Counted from the first letter of the stretch, positions 1 through 11,785 are shown. The stretch is 32,000 bases of DNA from Erwinia sp. OLFS4 (GCF_002752165.1 NZ_MOMB01000001.1:66022-98021), one strand, 5' to 3'. Numbers and translations are program-made. The notes: generated from the sequence alone by a model not told the origin.

Positions 1-843
1 TGGGTTACCAAAGCGATTGCCAATGCGCAACGCAAGGTGGAAAGCCGTAACTTTGATATCCGTAAACAGCTGCTGGAATATGATGACGTGGCTAACGATC
101 AGCGGCGTGCCATCTACAGCCAGCGTAATGAACTGCTGGATGTTTCTGACGTTAGCGACACCATTAACAGCATCCGTGAGGATGTGTTTAAAACTGTTAT
201 CGATAGCTACATTCCGCCGCAGTCGCTGGAAGAAATGTGGGATGTACCGGGCTTACAGGAACGGCTGAAAGCCGATTTCGATCTTGATCTGCCGGTAGCA
301 AGCTGGCTGAATAAAGAACCAGAGCTGCATGAAGAAACGTTGCGCGAGCGCATCCTGGAAAATGCTACCTCTCATTACCAGAGTAAAGAACAGGTGGTCG
401 GCGCTGAGATGATGCGTCACTTTGAAAAAGGGGTCATGTTGCAGACGCTGGATTCATTGTGGAAAGAGCACCTGGCCGCAATGGATTACCTGCGCCAGGG
501 TATTCATCTGCGCGGTTATGCGCAAAAAGACCCGAAGCAGGAGTACAAGCGTGAATCTTTTGCCATGTTTGCCGCCATGCTGGAAGCGCTCAAATATGAG
601 GTGATCAGCACCCTTAGCAAAGTTCAGGTGCGCATGCCGGAAGAGATCGAAGAGATGGAAGAGCAGCGTCGCCAGGAAGCAGAACGCCTGGCACAGCAGC
701 AGCGACTCAGCCACGTGGATGACGATACCGAAGCCAGTATTGCGCTGGCGGCACAGAGCGGTGACCGTAAAGTCGGACGTAATGACCCTTGTCCTTGTGG
801 TTCAGGTAAAAAGTATAAGCAATGTCACGGCCGGCTGGCCTGA
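1..843 (+). CDS. secA: Preprotein translocase ATPase SecA, C-terminal part (5' end outside window)
   Basis: Frame 1 is open from nt 1 ([30 protein letters not shown]...). It ends at TGA 841-843. The C-terminal zinc-binding tail [22 protein letters not shown] is characteristic of SecA. Confidence 0.95.
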   Translation, partial: WVTKAIANAQRKVESRNFDIRKQLLEYDDVANDQRRAIYSQRNELLDVSDVSDTINSIREDVFKTVIDSYIPPQSLEEMWDVPGLQERLKADFDLDLPVASWLNKEPELHEETLRERILENATSHYQSKEQVVGAEMMRHFEKGVMLQTLDSLWKEHLAAMDYLRQGIHLRGYAQKDPKQEYKRESFAMFAAMLEALKYEVISTLSKVQVRMPEEIEEMEEQRRQEAERLAQQQRLSHVDDDTEASIALAAQSGDRKVGRNDPCPCGSGKKYKQCHGRLA

Positions 844-860
844 CGGCTTCAGTCTGTATG

Positions 861-882
861 GCGCCCTGCGGGGCGCTTTTTT
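861..882 (+). terminator. Rho-independent terminator after secA
   Basis: Stem GCGCCC (861-866), loop TGCG, stem GGGCGC (871-876), followed by TTTTTT (877-882). Confidence 0.6.
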
Positions 883-898
883 ATCACCGGAGAAATCA

Positions 899-1297
899 AT
901 GAAACATCTGCAGGTTGCCGTTGGCATCATTCGCAACCCCCAGGGTGAGATTTTCCTCGCACGGCGTCCGGCCACTTCTCATATGGCGAATATGTGGGAA
1001 TTTCCCGGTGGGAAAATCGAAGCAAACGAAACGGCGCAGCAAGCGCTGGTCCGTGAGCTGGAAGAAGAGACCGGCATTGAGGTGACTGACCTGACGCCTT
1101 ATGATCTGGCCGACCACCATTACCCGGATGTGCGCGTAACTCTGCATTTTTTTATGGTGACAGGCTGGCGTGGTGAACCTTACGGACGCGAAGGACAACC
1201 GCATCGCTGGCTGGCGCAGAATCATCTGATCGCCAGTGAGTTCCCGCCGGCAAATCATGCCATTGTTGCGCGTCTGGTTGCCGAAGCGGGCGCCTGA
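899..1297 (+). CDS. mutT: 8-oxo-dGTP diphosphatase MutT (Nudix hydrolase)
   Basis: MKHLQVAVGIIRNPQGEIF... closely parallels E. coli MutT (MKKLQIAVGIIRN...). The Nudix box GGKIEANETAQQALVRELEEETGI is present. The track ORF 719..1297 is an upstream extension that overlaps secA; the ATG at 899 gives 132 aa. Confidence 0.9.
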   Translation: MKHLQVAVGIIRNPQGEIFLARRPATSHMANMWEFPGGKIEANETAQQALVRELEEETGIEVTDLTPYDLADHHYPDVRVTLHFFMVTGWRGEPYGREGQPHRWLAQNHLIASEFPPANHAIVARLVAEAGA

Positions 1298-1320
1298 CGC
1301 CAGGCTGTCTGGCGATGGAT

Positions 1321-1527
1321 TTACTCGCGCTCCAGCGGGTTTTCACTCCAGTCATCGCTGTCGGTCATTTCGGTGCTGCTGGGGATGCGCTTTTCCTCTG
1401 CCGCCCATTCGCCGAGATCAATCAGCTGACAGCGTTTGCTGCAAAATGGACGCCACGGGCTTAACGTACCCCAGATTACCTGCTTACCGCAGCCGGGACA
1501 GGTGACAAAAATAATCTCATCGCTCAT
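1321..1527 (-). CDS. yacG: DNA gyrase inhibitor YacG (zinc-ribbon protein)
   Basis: 68 aa, [20 protein letters not shown]...[14 protein letters not shown], with the CxxC...CxxxC zinc ribbon. Its position downstream of zapD-coaE matches E. coli. Confidence 0.9.
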   Translation of the reverse strand: MSDEIIFVTCPGCGKQVIWGTLSPWRPFCSKRCQLIDLGEWAAEEKRIPSSTEMTDSDDWSENPLERE

Positions 1528-1535
1528 GTTTTACC

Positions 1536-2279
1536 TCAGCAGCATGCCAGTTGAAAATCCAGTTGTGACGGTACTTCACCCGCGTCGCTGTCCAGGGGCA
1601 GGAAGCGGATGGCATAGCGGCTTTTATGGCCGGAAATCTGCGGATAAAGTGAATCGGCCAGCGTCAGTTTCAGCCGCAGCAGATCGGCTTCCCCTGCGTT
1701 ACCCTGGTAAAAGCCGTTAACACTGCTCTGGTGGTGAAATGCGCCGGATTGACGAATCAGGTCCAGCAACAGCGTCAGTGAACTATGCAGTGGCTCCAGC
1801 GAAGCCAGCCAGCAGGCTATCTGGCTATCGCGCGTTTCCTGGGCCAGATGCAGCCACAGGTGGAGCGTGGGCAGGTCAAAACTACAGCAGCCGCCGGGGA
1901 TACTCAGGCGCTGGCGCACCAGGCCAATCAGCCGATCCTCGCGCAGCTGCTGGCCAGGACGGGAGACCGCCATCAGACGGATATGCTGCTGTTTTAACTT
2001 ATCTATTAATGTATAAACGATCTGGCTGTCGACCCCCGGCACGTTGATCCATGCCTGTAATTTTTGCTGCTGGCGATCCAGTTCTTTAAGGATATCGGTA
2101 CGTAATTCGCCGCGCTCGAGTACATCGAGCAGATCGGCCAGGTTACGAAACAGCGTCAGGGCATTGAGCGTATTGCTGACGGCGTGGCACTGATGAAGCT
2201 GTTGTAACAAAAATTCAATGCGTAGCCAGGTGCGCATTTTTTCATTGAGCGGATGCTCAAAAAGTACCGAATTACTCAT
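1536..2279 (-). CDS. zapD: Cell division protein ZapD (YacF)
   Basis: Start re-placed to ATG (complement of 2277-2279), giving [25 protein letters not shown]..., 247 aa. This matches the E. coli ZapD N-terminus and length. The track ORF (to 2378) overextends into coaE. Confidence 0.9.
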   Translation of the reverse strand: MSNSVLFEHPLNEKMRTWLRIEFLLQQLHQCHAVSNTLNALTLFRNLADLLDVLERGELRTDILKELDRQQQKLQAWINVPGVDSQIVYTLIDKLKQQHIRLMAVSRPGQQLREDRLIGLVRQRLSIPGGCCSFDLPTLHLWLHLAQETRDSQIACWLASLEPLHSSLTLLLDLIRQSGAFHHQSSVNGFYQGNAGEADLLRLKLTLADSLYPQISGHKSRYAIRFLPLDSDAGEVPSQLDFQLACC

Positions 2280-2895
2280 ACTCTCCATCCTGCTGTGCGG
2301 CTGCAGCCAGCGCCAGATAGCGCTGATGCAAGCCGGCGACGCGGGGGCGTACTGATGCCGGTGTCCCGCTGTTATCAATAATATCGTCGGCGATAGCCAG
2401 GCGCGCTTCGCGCGACGCCTGGGCTGCCAGTATGCGTTCCGCCTGTTGCCGGGTCATGCCATCGCGCGCCATCGCGCGGGCCAGCTGTATTTCGCGCGGG
2501 ACATCCACGACCAGCACGCGGTCAGCCTGATTTTGCAGCTGATTCTCAACCAGTAGCGGGACGACCCACAGGCGCCATGGTGAGGTCATTTTATCCAGCT
2601 GACGTTGTGTTTGCGCGTGGATAAGAGGGTGCAGCAGATGATTCAGCCATTGCTTACTGTTGGCATCAGCAAAGATATACTGACGCAGTGCACGGCGATC
2701 TAAACGGCCATCCGGCAGCAGAATGGTCGGGCCAAAGCGTTGAATAATCTTCTCCAGTGCCGGCGTGCCGGGTTCGACCACCTGACGGGCGATGTCGTCG
2801 GCATCAACCCATTCAACGCCCAGCGAAGCGAATGCCTGCGCAATGGTACTCTTACCGCTGCCGATGCCACCTGTCAGCGCGACGGTATACCCCAT
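2272..2895 (-). CDS. coaE: Dephospho-CoA kinase
   Basis: [22 protein letters not shown]... carries a P-loop and is 207 aa, against 206 aa in E. coli CoaE. Start ATG is the complement of 2893-2895. The stop lies 2 nt before the zapD start. Confidence 0.92.
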   Translation of the reverse strand: MGYTVALTGGIGSGKSTIAQAFASLGVEWVDADDIARQVVEPGTPALEKIIQRFGPTILLPDGRLDRRALRQYIFADANSKQWLNHLLHPLIHAQTQRQLDKMTSPWRLWVVPLLVENQLQNQADRVLVVDVPREIQLARAMARDGMTRQQAERILAAQASREARLAIADDIIDNSGTPASVRPRVAGLHQRYLALAAAAQQDGEYE

Positions 2896-3119
2896 AAGCC
2901 CGGATTCCTTGTTTTGAATATTTGTGTGCCATATTGTCAATATCAGCGACGATCGTGGCGCAAATATGTGCGCAAGTTCACAATGAAACGGTGCAGATAA
3001 ATTTACTGGATTGTAGCCTATCCGGGATTTTTTTCGCAGTCTTGCCGCGCTGATTTTAACGCGTATGATCGACAGGCATAATGCGATATGTCACCTCACC
3101 GCTACAGGAATTTTAAGCT

Positions 3120-4160
3120 ATGCGTATTGAAGAAGATATTAAGCTCGGCTTTAAAGACGTGCTGATCCGTCCTAAACGTTCAACCCTGAAAAGCCGCTCA
3201 GAAGTTGAGCTGACGCGCAGTTTTAGCTTCAAGCATTCCCAGCTTAGCTGGTCTGGCGTACCGGTGATTGCGGCCAATATGGACACCGTGGGCACCTTTC
3301 GCATTGCGCAGGCACTGGCTGAGTTTGCTATTCTCACGGCGGTTCATAAACATTATAGCGTTGACGACTGGCGCGCATTTATTGCGCGCGTTCCGGAAAA
3401 AGTGCTGAACTATGTTATGGTTTCAACCGGAACCTCCGATGCGGATTTCAGCAAATTACAGCAAATCGTCGCGCTTTCACCGACACTGAATTTTATCTGT
3501 ATTGATGTGGCTAACGGGTACTCGGAACATTTTGTCGAATTCTTACAGCGTGCCCGTCAGGCCTTTCCGGCAAAAACCATCTGTGCCGGCAATGTGGTGA
3601 CCGGCGAAATGGTGGAAGAACTGATTCTTTCCGGCGCTGATATTGTTAAAGTCGGCATCGGTCCTGGCTCTGTGTGCACCACGCGGGTAAAAACCGGCGT
3701 CGGTTATCCGCAGCTGTCGGCCGTCATTGAGTGTGCCGATGCCGCTCACGGCCTTGGCGGTCAGATTGTCAGTGATGGCGGCTGTTCGGTGCCTGGGGAC
3801 GTGGCAAAAGCTTTCGGTGGCGGGGCGGACTTTGTCATGCTCGGCGGGATGCTGGCCGCGCATGATGAATGTGAAGGAACGGTAGTGGAAGAGCAGGGCC
3901 GGAAGTTTATGCTTTTTTACGGTATGAGTTCAGAAACGGCGATGAAACGTCATGTGGGCAGTGTGGCAGGTTATCGGGCCGCTGAAGGAAAAACCGTTAA
4001 GTTACCACTGCGAGGCCCGGTTGAAGACACCGCGCGTGACATTCTGGGTGGCCTGCGTTCAGCCTGTACTTATGTCGGCGCCAGCCGGCTAAAAGAACTG
4101 ACTAAACGTACGACCTTTATCCGCGTTGCCGAGCAGGAAAATCGCGTATATAACGCTTAA
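3120..4160 (+). CDS. guaC: GMP reductase
   Basis: 346 aa, [29 protein letters not shown]..., with the catalytic loop [11 protein letters not shown]. Near-colinear with E. coli GuaC. Confidence 0.95.
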   Translation: MRIEEDIKLGFKDVLIRPKRSTLKSRSEVELTRSFSFKHSQLSWSGVPVIAANMDTVGTFRIAQALAEFAILTAVHKHYSVDDWRAFIARVPEKVLNYVMVSTGTSDADFSKLQQIVALSPTLNFICIDVANGYSEHFVEFLQRARQAFPAKTICAGNVVTGEMVEELILSGADIVKVGIGPGSVCTTRVKTGVGYPQLSAVIECADAAHGLGGQIVSDGGCSVPGDVAKAFGGGADFVMLGGMLAAHDECEGTVVEEQGRKFMLFYGMSSETAMKRHVGSVAGYRAAEGKTVKLPLRGPVEDTARDILGGLRSACTYVGASRLKELTKRTTFIRVAEQENRVYNA

Positions 4161-4169
4161 TTTTTCTCT

Positions 4170-4190
4170 GGCGCCCGCCGGTCGGGCGCC
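4170..4190. terminator. Hairpin between convergent guaC and hofC (possible terminator)
   Basis: 8-bp GC stem GGCGCCCG (4170-4177) / CGGGCGCC (4183-4190) with a 5-nt loop. No clear U-tract on either strand. Confidence 0.35.
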
Positions 4191-5386
4191 TAACCCAGCG
4201 CTGCGCCAAGGTTGAATACCGGTAAATACATGGCAATTACCAGGGTACCAATAATCCCGCCGACAATAACCATCATTGCCGGTTCAAGCATGGCAGCCAG
4301 GTTTTCCGCTCGTTCCAGCGTCTGATTTTCATGCCACCCGGCCAGGCGACTCAGCATGTCGTCCAGCGCGCCGGCCTCTTCCCCCACCTTAATCAGCTGA
4401 TAACAGAGCGATGTAAACAGCGGATGCTGCTGTAACGCCCGGTGAAGCGGCTGCCCGGCTTCAATATGTTGGATAAGGCCCTGCAATGCCTGTTGCCACA
4501 CGCCGCCAGGCAAGGTTTGCGCCGTTGCTTTTAGCCCTTCCGCCAGCGGGATCCCCGCCTGCTGAGTCAGGCTTAGTGTGGTAAAAATCTGGCTGAGAAT
4601 GCTGCCGCGCCACAATGTTGCCACCAGCGGCAGACGCAATATCAGGCGCTGCAGAAAAAGGCGCATAGCCGGTGAACGGCGTTGCTGATAGCGCCAGCCG
4701 GTGGGCAGACAGACCAAAGCCAGTATCAGCCAGAGTCCGTTCAGTTGTAACCATTCAGACAGCTGCATGACCGCGCGGGTAAAAGCCGGCAGGCGGGCAT
4801 CAAAGTTGTCATAAATCGCAACAAATTCAGGCAGAACAAACAGCAGCATCGCAGCGCTGGTTGCCGCCGCTACCAGCAAAATGAACAGCGGATAACGCAG
4901 CGCTTTCTGGACTTTTTTGTGCAGTAACTGCTGACGTTCCTGTTGTGTCGCCAGTCGCTGGCAGCAGTTGTCCAGCTGGCCGGTCAGTTCGCCAATTTGT
5001 ACCAGCGCCGGGAAAAGTGGGGGGAATATTACCGGCCACTGTCGCAGGGCCTGGGCAAAGGCGTTGCCCTGGCTAATCTGCTCCGCCAGCTGTCTGAGTA
5101 GTAAACACCAGCATTTATGCTGGCCATGACTCAGCATGTTAAGACTGGCTGCCAGCGGCATTCCGGCCTTAAGCAAGGTAGCAAGCTGGCGCATCAGCGT
5201 AATGCGTGCCGCCTTCTGCCAGCCGGCAGTAACATAGAGACCGCGCAGGCGGATACGTAACGGTGAAAGCTGGTTATCATTCAGATAGAGATACACCTGC
5301 TGGCGATTGAGTGCCAGGCGTTCACCTTGCTGCCAGCCGCCGCTGTTGTCGACAGCCTGCCAGTGAAAGAGCAGGGTTTTATTCAT
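4190..5386 (-). CDS. hofC: Type IV pilus assembly platform protein HofC (PilC/GspF family)
   Basis: 398 aa and colinear with E. coli HofC (...LRYPLFILLV..., C-terminal GGIIGTLVIAMYLPVFNLG). It follows hofB with an 8-nt overlap. Confidence 0.85.
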   Translation of the reverse strand: MNKTLLFHWQAVDNSGGWQQGERLALNRQQVYLYLNDNQLSPLRIRLRGLYVTAGWQKAARITLMRQLATLLKAGMPLAASLNMLSHGQHKCWCLLLRQLAEQISQGNAFAQALRQWPVIFPPLFPALVQIGELTGQLDNCCQRLATQQERQQLLHKKVQKALRYPLFILLVAAATSAAMLLFVLPEFVAIYDNFDARLPAFTRAVMQLSEWLQLNGLWLILALVCLPTGWRYQQRRSPAMRLFLQRLILRLPLVATLWRGSILSQIFTTLSLTQQAGIPLAEGLKATAQTLPGGVWQQALQGLIQHIEAGQPLHRALQQHPLFTSLCYQLIKVGEEAGALDDMLSRLAGWHENQTLERAENLAAMLEPAMMVIVGGIIGTLVIAMYLPVFNLGAALG

Positions 5387-6773
5387 AATAGCTTCCGGTT
5401 ACGCGTTTGAGTTCTTCCAGGGTGGTATCGCCACGGTTAACCGCTTGCAACCCTTCGCTAAATAGCCGGCTAAGATTTTGTTCTGCCACCAGCGACTGGA
5501 GCTGTTGCTGGCTGGCATCACTGGCAATAGCGGCCTGTAGTGGCTGGCTGATTGGCAAGACTTCAAACAACGCCAGACGGCCATAAAAACCGGAAAAACA
5601 GCGATCACAGCCTGTCGCCAGCCAGTTTTGTAAGGTGCCTGACCACAGCGTTGCCGGCAGATTATCCAGCCGTTCCCCCGTTTGCCGGCAATAAGGACAT
5701 AAACGGCGTACCAGACGCTGGGCGATAACCATTTTTAATGCCGGGCCTAACTGATAACCAGGTAATCCCATTTGTCGCAGCCTTACCAGCGTTTCCAGCG
5801 TAGAGTTGGTGTGCAGCGTTGACAGCACCAGATGCCCGGTTTGTGCAGCGTTGACGGCAATGGCTGCGGTTTCGGCATCGCGAATTTCACCCAGCATAAT
5901 AATATCCGGGTCCTGGCGTAGCAGGGCGCGTAACACCTGCCGGAAGCCGAGATCAATTTTGTGATTGACCTGGGTCTGGATAATGCCAGGTAACGGGATT
6001 TCGATCGGATCTTCGACGCTGCAGATATTGCGTTGTGGCTGATTGAGCCAGCTTAGCGCGCTGTACAGCGTGAGAGTTTTACCACTGCCGGTCGGGCCGG
6101 TTACCAGGATCATTCCCTGAGGCTGATTCAGTGCCTGCTGAAAATGCAGCAGTAGCGGGGCTGACATGCCGAGCCGGTTAAGGCTGTCAGTCTGTTCAGC
6201 ATGCTGCTGCAAACGCAATACCGCCTTTTCACCATACTGTGTCGGCAAGGTTGATAGTCGAAAAGAAAGGTTTTGTCCTGTGTCGTGCTGCTGGCTGAAC
6301 TGACCGTCCTGCGGAAAGCGTCGTTCGGCGATATCAAGGGCGGCCAGAACCTTCAGGCGAGCAACCAGCGCGTGGCCGCTGGCGAGGCTTAGCGTACTGG
6401 CAATTTGCAGCACGCCATCAATCCGCAGGCGGACGCGAAACCCGTCTGCTTGCGGTTCAAGATGAATATCTGAAGCCCGGTGTTGTAACGCCAGCTGCAG
6501 CAGACGTTCGAGTCTGGCGGCGGTAGCCAGATTTTCCTGGTCAAAAGGCGTCGGGTCGATCCGGTCGTTTTTATCGCGCCAGGCCGCAATTTGCCCGGGA
6601 CTCCAGCTGAGGACTTCAATCCGCGCGTGGCAGACAAAACGCAGGGCTTCCATCAGATCATCCTGCGCCTGACCTGCAGTGGCGATAGTGACGCAGTCTG
6701 GATGATTTTCCAGTAAAACTGCCTGATAACGCTGACAAAGGGCATGCAGCATTGTGGCATCAGCCATGCTCAT
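5379..6773 (-). CDS. hofB: Type IV pilus assembly ATPase HofB (PilB/GspE family)
   Basis: 464 aa with Walker A LVTGPTGSGKTLT, the GspE-family motifs VEDPIEIP and LRQDPDIIMLGEIRD, and the C-terminal tetracysteine CPYC...CDRC. The start overlaps the ppdD stop (ATGA, 6770-6773). Confidence 0.88.
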   Translation of the reverse strand: MSMADATMLHALCQRYQAVLLENHPDCVTIATAGQAQDDLMEALRFVCHARIEVLSWSPGQIAAWRDKNDRIDPTPFDQENLATAARLERLLQLALQHRASDIHLEPQADGFRVRLRIDGVLQIASTLSLASGHALVARLKVLAALDIAERRFPQDGQFSQQHDTGQNLSFRLSTLPTQYGEKAVLRLQQHAEQTDSLNRLGMSAPLLLHFQQALNQPQGMILVTGPTGSGKTLTLYSALSWLNQPQRNICSVEDPIEIPLPGIIQTQVNHKIDLGFRQVLRALLRQDPDIIMLGEIRDAETAAIAVNAAQTGHLVLSTLHTNSTLETLVRLRQMGLPGYQLGPALKMVIAQRLVRRLCPYCRQTGERLDNLPATLWSGTLQNWLATGCDRCFSGFYGRLALFEVLPISQPLQAAIASDASQQQLQSLVAEQNLSRLFSEGLQAVNRGDTTLEELKRVTGSYYE

Positions 6774-7216
6774 GAACTTTTGTCCTCGTCGTCAAAACGA
6801 AATACCGATTCGCAGGCGCTTTTAAGCGTGCTGGCACTGGTTTCACAGCGACGCTGCCAGCGCATAATCCCTTGCTGGGGGTTCCAGTCCGGGGTCAGTG
6901 TTACCGCCAGCCCCTGCAGATTATCCTGTCCAGTTAATGAAATAACGCCGGCGTTCACTGTGCTGCTGGCGATATAGCGTGATGGTGTTGCTGACGGAAT
7001 ACCGGCATTTCCTTCGCTGCAGTTACCGGTTGCACCCTGTTCAATCGCGCAGATTTCAACCGCCGTTTTAAGCGGCATGGTGCTTTGCAGCATGTCGGTT
7101 AAGGCTGCTTTTTGCAGATAGTTTTGTTAGGCCGGCAGGCCAATAGCACTGAGAATTGCCACAATGGCGATAACAATCATCAGTTCAATCAGGGTAAATC
7201 CTTGTTGTGCAGACAT
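6770..7216 (-). pseudogene. ppdD: Prepilin-peptidase-dependent major pilin PpdD, interrupted by an in-frame TAA at codon 30
   Basis: ATG (complement of 7214-7216) is preceded by AGGAG. The N-terminus is MSAQQGFTLIELMIVIAIVAILSAIGLPA, followed by TAA (complement of 7127-7129). The same frame then continues QNYLQKAALTDMLQS...CESVFRFDD. E. coli PpdD has Tyr at this position (..IPAYQNYLRKAALTDMLQ..). The two track ORFs 7127..7312 and 6770..7093 are in the same frame. Confidence 0.75.
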
Positions 7217-7421
7217 CGTGACTCCTGAATAGTGCGTGGAGTGACTATGCTGCGCAAATGGCCGGATGAAACCAGTGGCAGGAAAGGCGTTTTGATGCTG
7301 GCGCGCAGACAAACGCGCGGCTTTACATGATGTGGCAGGCCTGATGGAATCGCGCCCGCAAAACCAGCCGCGTCAGGCCTGACGGTATAACAATGCCAGA
7401 CGGTATCCTGCGTGAGCCGCC

Positions 7422-8465
<1,044 letters not shown>

Positions 8466-8481
8466 TTAACGGGAGCAACAG

Positions 8482-9051
8482 ATGCAATTAAAAGCCGGGA
8501 ATATCGTGGGGGTGCGTCAGGTCGCGTCACCGCATTATGATTCCCGTCCGCAAGGAGAACAGCCTTCTTTATTGGTGATTCACAATATCAGCCTGCCGCC
8601 TGGAGAGTTTGGCGGGCCATGGATTGATGCGCTGTTTAGCGGCACTCTCGACCCGAATGCGCATCCGTATTTTGCCGGGATTGCGCCACTGCGGGTGTCG
8701 GCACACTGTCTGATCCGGCGTGACGGCGAAATTGTGCAGTACGTTGCTTTTCATCAACGCGCCTGGCATGCCGGCGTTTCCTGCTGGCAGGGCCGGGAAA
8801 ACTGTAATGATTTCTCGGTGGGGATTGAACTGGAAGGCACCGATACCCTGCCTTATACCGACCAGCAGTATCTGGCGCTGGCGGCGGTGACACGATTATT
8901 AATGCTGCATTATCCGCTGACGCTGGAAAATATCACCGGGCACAGTGATATTGCGCCGCAGCGAAAAACCGATCCCGGCGTGGCATTTGACTGGACGCGT
9001 TATCGTCAGATGCTGGCCGGTACTGATTCTATGGAGGGGCCCGGCGCATGA
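8482..9051 (+). CDS. ampD: 1,6-anhydro-N-acetylmuramyl-L-alanine amidase AmpD
   Basis: 189 aa; SPHYDSRP...[23 protein letters not shown] is near-identical to the E. coli AmpD N-terminal region. GGGAG RBS at 8471-8475. Confidence 0.92.
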   Translation: MQLKAGNIVGVRQVASPHYDSRPQGEQPSLLVIHNISLPPGEFGGPWIDALFSGTLDPNAHPYFAGIAPLRVSAHCLIRRDGEIVQYVAFHQRAWHAGVSCWQGRENCNDFSVGIELEGTDTLPYTDQQYLALAAVTRLLMLHYPLTLENITGHSDIAPQRKTDPGVAFDWTRYRQMLAGTDSMEGPGA

Positions 9052-9902
9052 CGCTGTTTAGTTTGTTACTGGTTTTAGGCTGGGAACGCTTGTTTAAAAT
9101 GGGGCAGCACTGGCAGATTGAACACCGGCTTGAACCGGTGATGCGCCAGCAGCAGCATTATTCGTTACCACGAACACTGTTGCTGACGCTAGCGTGTATG
9201 CTGCTGACCGCAGTCTGTATTGATCTGTTAAAAGGCTGGTTTTTTGGTTTTCCTCAGCTGATTTTCTGGATTCTGCTTGGGGTGCTCTGTATTGGTGCTG
9301 GCGGCGTCCGGCTGCACTATCACCGCTATCTGCAAGCGGCCAGCCGTGGTGACACGGAGGCACATCAGGCGATGGTGGAAGAGCTGACGCTGATCCATGG
9401 TGTGCCGCACGGTTGTGATGAGGCGAGCTCTTTGCGTGAACTACAAAACGCGCTGCTGTGGATCAACTACCGTTTTTATCTGGCCCCTATGCTGTGGTTT
9501 GTTGCCGGCGGTCAGTGGGGACCGGTATTGCTGATTGGCTATGCCACGCTGCGCGCCTGGCAAAGCTGGCTGGCACGCCATAAAACCCCGCTTGAGCGTG
9601 CGCAGTCCGGAGTGGACGGTATTTTGCATTGGGTGGATTGGCTGCCGGTGCGTCTGGTGGGCGTCGCTTATGCGTTGCTCGGTCATGGCGAACGGGCATT
9701 ACCGGCTTGGTTTGCGTCGCTGGGCGACCGGCACAGTGCGCAATATCAGGTACTGACTCAGCTGGCACAATTCTCTCTGGCGCGCGATCCGCATCACGAT
9801 AAAATAGCCACGCCGCAGGCGGCGGTCAGCCTGGCGAAACGCGTTTCCTGGATGATGGTGGTCGTGGTGGCATTACTGACGATTTACGGCACGCTGGTGT
9901 AG
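9048..9902 (+). CDS. ampE: Inner-membrane regulatory protein AmpE
   Basis: 284 aa, the same length as E. coli AmpE. It is a hydrophobic multi-pass protein with an ATGA overlap onto the ampD stop, the conserved ampDE arrangement. Confidence 0.85.
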   Translation: MTLFSLLLVLGWERLFKMGQHWQIEHRLEPVMRQQQHYSLPRTLLLTLACMLLTAVCIDLLKGWFFGFPQLIFWILLGVLCIGAGGVRLHYHRYLQAASRGDTEAHQAMVEELTLIHGVPHGCDEASSLRELQNALLWINYRFYLAPMLWFVAGGQWGPVLLIGYATLRAWQSWLARHKTPLERAQSGVDGILHWVDWLPVRLVGVAYALLGHGERALPAWFASLGDRHSAQYQVLTQLAQFSLARDPHHDKIATPQAAVSLAKRVSWMMVVVVALLTIYGTLV

Positions 9903-9928
9903 CGTTTTCAGCGAGCCGGCAGGGCGGT

Positions 9929-9956
9929 AAAAAAGGGAGCAGTGGCTCCCTTTTTT
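9929..9956. terminator. Bidirectional rho-independent terminator between ampE and aroP
   Basis: AAAAAA (9929-9934), stem GGGAGC (9935-9940), loop AGTG, stem GCTCCC (9945-9950), TTTTTT (9951-9956). Confidence 0.65.
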
Positions 9957-9971
9957 GAGGATGATAAGCGG

Positions 9972-11330
9972 TTAGCTTCGCTGCAGGCGGTTTTTTAACA
10001 GGTAACCAATAGCCAGGATAATCAGCCAGACCGGAATCAGCCAGACCGAAATTGCCATGCCGGGGGTAAGCAACATAATGACCAGAATACCGGCGAGAAA
10101 CAGTAAGCACAGCCAGTTACCAAACGGATAGAGCAACGCTTTAAAACGCGTTTCAACGCCTTGCTGGTTTTTCTTTTTGCGGAATTTCAGATGAGCAAGG
10201 CTGATCATTGCCCAATTTATCACCAGCGCAGAAACCACCAGCGACATCAGCAGTCCGAAGGCTTCGCCAGGCATCAGATAGTTAATCAGGACGCAGATAG
10301 CGGTAGCCGCAGCAGAAACCAGAATGGTGGTGACCGGCACGCCGCGGCGGTCTACTTTGAGTAACGCTTTCGGCGCATTGCCTTGCTGCGCCAGGCCAAA
10401 TAACATGCGGCTGTTGCAGTAAACGCAGCTGTTATAAACCGACAGTGCCGCCGTCAGAATAACCACGTTGAGCAGATTTGATACCGCTACGTCGCCAAGA
10501 TTGTGGAAAATCAGCACAAAGGGGCTGGTGTCTTCAGTAACCTGAGTCCAGGGCAACAGTGACAGCAGCACGGCCAGCGATCCAATATAGAAAATCAGGA
10601 TGCGCCAGATAACCTGATTAGTCGCTTTGGGAATACTCTTTTCCGGATCGTCGGCTTCGGCAGCCGTAATACCCACCAGCTCAAGACCGCCAAACGAAAA
10701 CATGATGATCGCCATCATCATCACCATGCCGCTGATGCCATGAGGAAAAAAGCCTCCCTGTGACCAGAGGTTACTCACCGTTGCCTGTGGACCGGCCGAA
10801 CCGCTGAATAACAGCACACCTCCGTAAATAATCATTCCAATAACGGCGATGACCTTGATGATGGCAAACCAGAATTCCATTTCGCCGTATATTTTGACGT
10901 TTGTCAGGTTAATGGCGTTGATCAGCACGAAGAACACCACCGCGGTGATCCAGCTGGGCATATCCGGCCACCAGAACTGAACATATTTCCCGACGGCGGT
11001 TAGTTCGGCCATGGCAACCAGGACATAAAGCACCCAGTAATTCCAGCCAGAGGCGAAACCAGCAAAATTGCCCCAGTATTTATAAGCAAAGTGGCTGAAA
11101 CTGCCGGCAACCGGCTCTTCCACCACCATTTCCCCCAGCTGACGCATGATCAGGAAGGCAATAAAACCGGCGATGGCGTAGCCCAGTATCACGGCCGGTC
11201 CCGCCGACTTTATGACCGAGGCGCTGCCGAGAAACAGGCCGGTGCCGACTGCCCCTCCTAATGCGATAAGCTGAATGTGCCGGTTTTTAAGCGCACGTTT
11301 CAGCGTATCGTCGTTAACGTGACCATCCAT
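9972..11330 (-). CDS. aroP: Aromatic amino acid:H+ symporter AroP (APC family)
   Basis: Very high colinear similarity to E. coli AroP (LKNRHIQLIALGGA.GTGLFLGSASVI.SAGP...). The track start at 11348 is a TTG. The ATG at complement 11328-11330 (MDGHVNDD...) has GAGGA 6 nt upstream. Confidence 0.92.
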   Translation of the reverse strand: MDGHVNDDTLKRALKNRHIQLIALGGAVGTGLFLGSASVIKSAGPAVILGYAIAGFIAFLIMRQLGEMVVEEPVAGSFSHFAYKYWGNFAGFASGWNYWVLYVLVAMAELTAVGKYVQFWWPDMPSWITAVVFFVLINAINLTNVKIYGEMEFWFAIIKVIAVIGMIIYGGVLLFSGSAGPQATVSNLWSQGGFFPHGISGMVMMMAIIMFSFGGLELVGITAAEADDPEKSIPKATNQVIWRILIFYIGSLAVLLSLLPWTQVTEDTSPFVLIFHNLGDVAVSNLLNVVILTAALSVYNSCVYCNSRMLFGLAQQGNAPKALLKVDRRGVPVTTILVSAAATAICVLINYLMPGEAFGLLMSLVVSALVINWAMISLAHLKFRKKKNQQGVETRFKALLYPFGNWLCLLFLAGILVIMLLTPGMAISVWLIPVWLIILAIGYLLKNRLQRS

Positions 11331-11375
11331 TGTGTTTCCTCGTTTCAATGTGTTTCTTACCGCTGCGGTGCGTAA

Positions 11376-11393
11376 TGTAAGTTTTTTTTTACA
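11376..11393. promoter_or_regulatory. Candidate TyrR box in the aroP regulatory region
   Basis: TGTAAG-TTTTTT-TTTACA fits the TyrR box consensus TGTAAA-N6-TTTACA at 11 of 12 specified positions. aroP is a known TyrR regulon member in E. coli. Confidence 0.35.
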
Positions 11394-11785
11394 ACTAACG
11401 TATTGAATACTTGACGCTAATATTTACTGTGATTTTTTATGCAGCTGGCGTCGCGACAAGAATAGTGATAAGCGCAGGGCTTTGCACGCCCTTTCGATGT
11501 TAGCCGGTAAGAAGATGTAAAAAATTGTCAGGCGCGCACATTTTAAGTCAATGCGGATTTTATCAACTTTAGGGGCAAACCTGCCATAGCGCTTACTTAT
11601 TGCAACAACAGCTTAAGGCGCTATCACTGGTTTCAATGACACAAATGATTAACAAATAGATTATTTGCCAACTATCTGTTTTATATAAACAAAATAAAAA
11701 AGTTGTGTTTTTAAGACACATTTTGCGATGGGCAGGTATCTGGACATCCGATGAATACTTTGCTAGTTTAGCTGTTTAATCTGAG

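Noticed and set aside
1298-1314. Hairpin CGCCAG-GCTGT-CTGGCG between convergent mutT and yacG, a possible bidirectional terminator.
   Set aside because: A 6-bp stem without flanking A/T runs is plausible, but too weak to list as a feature.
719-2940. Longer track ORFs suggest N-terminal extensions for mutT (719), zapD (to 2378) and coaE (to 2940). The same applies to nadC (to 8444), aroP (to 11348, TTG), pdhR (11807), cas3 (19282, TTG), cse2 (23660) and cas6e (25902).
   Set aside because: The extensions overlap neighbouring genes or lack an RBS. Homology to the E. coli orthologues and Shine-Dalgarno spacing place the starts at the internal ATGs listed in the features.
7337-7383. CAGGCCTGA is repeated twice, and the 12-nt palindrome GTCAGGCCTGAC lies between ppdD and nadC. 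This could be a REP-like element or a terminator.
   Set aside because: The palindrome leaves no loop, no U-tract follows on either strand, and two 9-mers are insufficient to call a REP family element.
7217-7421. I searched the ppdD upstream region for a CRP-S (Sxy-dependent) site of the form TGCGA-N6-TCGCA.
   Set aside because: No dyad of that form was found by eye. The closest candidate, TGATGCTGGCGCGCAG, is not palindromic.
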